Made by a program: the position numbers and the translations under genes. From NCBI GenBank assembly GCA_965645245.1, contig OZ287075.1:372001-436000 (forward strand): a stretch of 64,000 nucleotides of DNA, read 5' to 3'. Shown piece by piece: positions 62,801 to 64,000 of this stretch. The stretch's first letter is position 1, and each line of letters starts with the position of its first letter. Below the pieces are notes generated by a model, which saw only the letters and a list, made by a program, of their open reading frames with translations, was not told the origin of the DNA and searched no databases. The DNA comes from Massalongia carnosa. Taxonomy: Eukaryota.

Positions 62801-63671
62801 AGACGGTCAGACAGAACGTCAAAATAGTACCATGGAAGCTTACCTTCGGTCTTACTGCCGTTTCGAGCAAGATGACTGGGTGCAATGGCTCCCTACCGCT
62901 GAATTTGCATACAATAACACCCGTCATTCAAGCACCAAGCTCACCCCGTTCGAGGCTAATATAGGCTACCACCCAAGGATGAGTTATGAAGATAACCAAG
63001 ACCCTCGATCGAAGTCGAAGACAGCTGAGGAACAGGCTAAAAATCTACGCGATTTGTTAGCAGAGTTGAAAAATAACCTGCAATTAGCCCAAGACAATCA
63101 AGCCAAATATCACAATAGAACGGTGAAAGAACGTTGCTACGCTCCCGATGAAATGGTTTGGCTAAACAGCAAACATATTAAGACGAAAAGGAACAAGAAG
63201 CTTGAGCATAAGTTCTTGGGTCCCTTTAAGGTGTTGAGGCCTGTAGGCACTCAAGCTTACAAGCTAGAACTTCCGAAAAGTTGGAAAATACACCCAGTCT
63301 TTCATGTGTCTCTGCTGGAAAGAGACACCACCAGAAGGGAGGTAGTAGACGAACAAATGGCTGAACAGCTTGAATTCGAAGACGATGACATGCAAGAGTA
63401 TGAAGTAGAGTGCATACGAGATAGTGCAGTCTATGCAAAAGAAGCAGAAGACGGACGACCGGCTGGATTATATTATCTAGTGCATTGGAAAGGTTATCCC
63501 GACGCGGAAGACACATGGGAGCCCGTCGCCGGCGTCAAACATCTACGAAAGCTATTGAGGGAATTTCATGAGAAAAATCCTACCAAGCCAATAGCAAAGT
63601 CCACCCCTCAGGCCACTAGGACTCCCTCATTAGCGAAAGAAACAGGACGACGCACAAAGAGGACTAAATAA
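59872..63671 (+). CDS. pol: Pol: protease, reverse transcriptase, RNase H, integrase, chromodomain
   Basis: 'ALIDSGS', 'YLDD', 'ETDASG', HHCC finger, 'MDFVTGLP', 'TDRG', 'DGQTE', GPF motif, 'YLVHWKGYPDAEDTWEP'. No stops across about 1265 codons. Confidence 0.97.
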
Positions 63672-63846
63672 GGCCAGCACTCTTTTCCTACCACCTGCCC
63701 ACGAAAAAAGGTTGGAGGTTTTTAATGAGGCTGCGCTAGGAGCTCAGCAATGTGTTGCAGTAACGTCATGCTCGATTCCATCCAGGCCAGTAGCTCTTTT
63801 CCTAGCACCTTCCCTAGAAGGGAGGTGGGAGGTTTTTAATGAGGCT
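63671..63846 (+). repeat. Imperfect 63-bp direct repeat in the Gypsy 3' UTR
   Basis: AGGCCAG..CTCTTTTCCTA.CACCT...GGAGGTTTTTAATGAGGCTG at 63671-63733 and 63784-63846. Confidence 0.8.
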
Positions 63847-64000
63847 GAGCCAGAGCATCAAGTTATGTTATCCTAATATCTTCCAAGCTCTTACAAATCC
63901 CAACTCTTGCTAGCCTGCATTCAAGCGGCCATCGGCACGATTAACCGCTTGCAATTACCACGCGATGATGGGCTGAACGCACGAACTACCTGGGATGAAT

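Larger units (their letters stand above)
55919..64000 (+). mobile_element. Ty3/Gypsy chromovirus LTR retrotransposon; 3' LTR lies beyond the window
   Basis: Putative 5' LTR, gag, and pol in the order PR-RT-RNaseH-IN-chromodomain. Interrupted by a hAT at 57460-59871. Confidence 0.95.

Noticed and set aside
63960..64000. Start of the 3' LTR (CCTGGGATGA match to about 55953)
   Set aside because: Only a 10-bp match, with no TGTAATAG start or flanking identity.
1..64000. tRNA/rRNA genes and a Starship captain recombinase
   Set aside because: The GTTCGA hits I examined lack cloverleaf context, and no tyrosine-recombinase ORF was recognised. A tRNAscan-SE or HMM search would be decisive.

Overview
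Eukaryotic genomic DNA from a filamentous ascomycete (Pezizomycotina-type short GT-AG introns; the taxon is inferred). Bases 1-45.3 kb are mostly gene space: DEF1 (partial), ATG11, a CENP-H-like gene, NHP6, ISH1, a D-2-hydroxyacid dehydrogenase, an alpha/beta hydrolase and several hypothetical genes. This part also holds two 5'-truncated Tad-like LINEs, each with a clean 14-bp TSD. Bases 45.6-64 kb are a dense transposon nest. Nest 1 is a dead pogo/Fot1 element hit by a 151-bp hAT-type MITE (8-bp TSD), a 171-bp solo LTR (5-bp TSD) and a full-length piggyBac-like element. A FunK1 kinase with one in-frame stop follows. Nest 2 is a Tc1 fragment split by a chromodomain Gypsy element, itself split at the gag/pol junction by an apparently intact, intron-containing hAT transposon. 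The most unusual observation is the piggyBac-like element: it has no TTAA site, and the host pogo reading frame is restored only if it duplicated the 2-bp AT inside a TATA target. All family assignments come from motif recognition by eye, not database searches.
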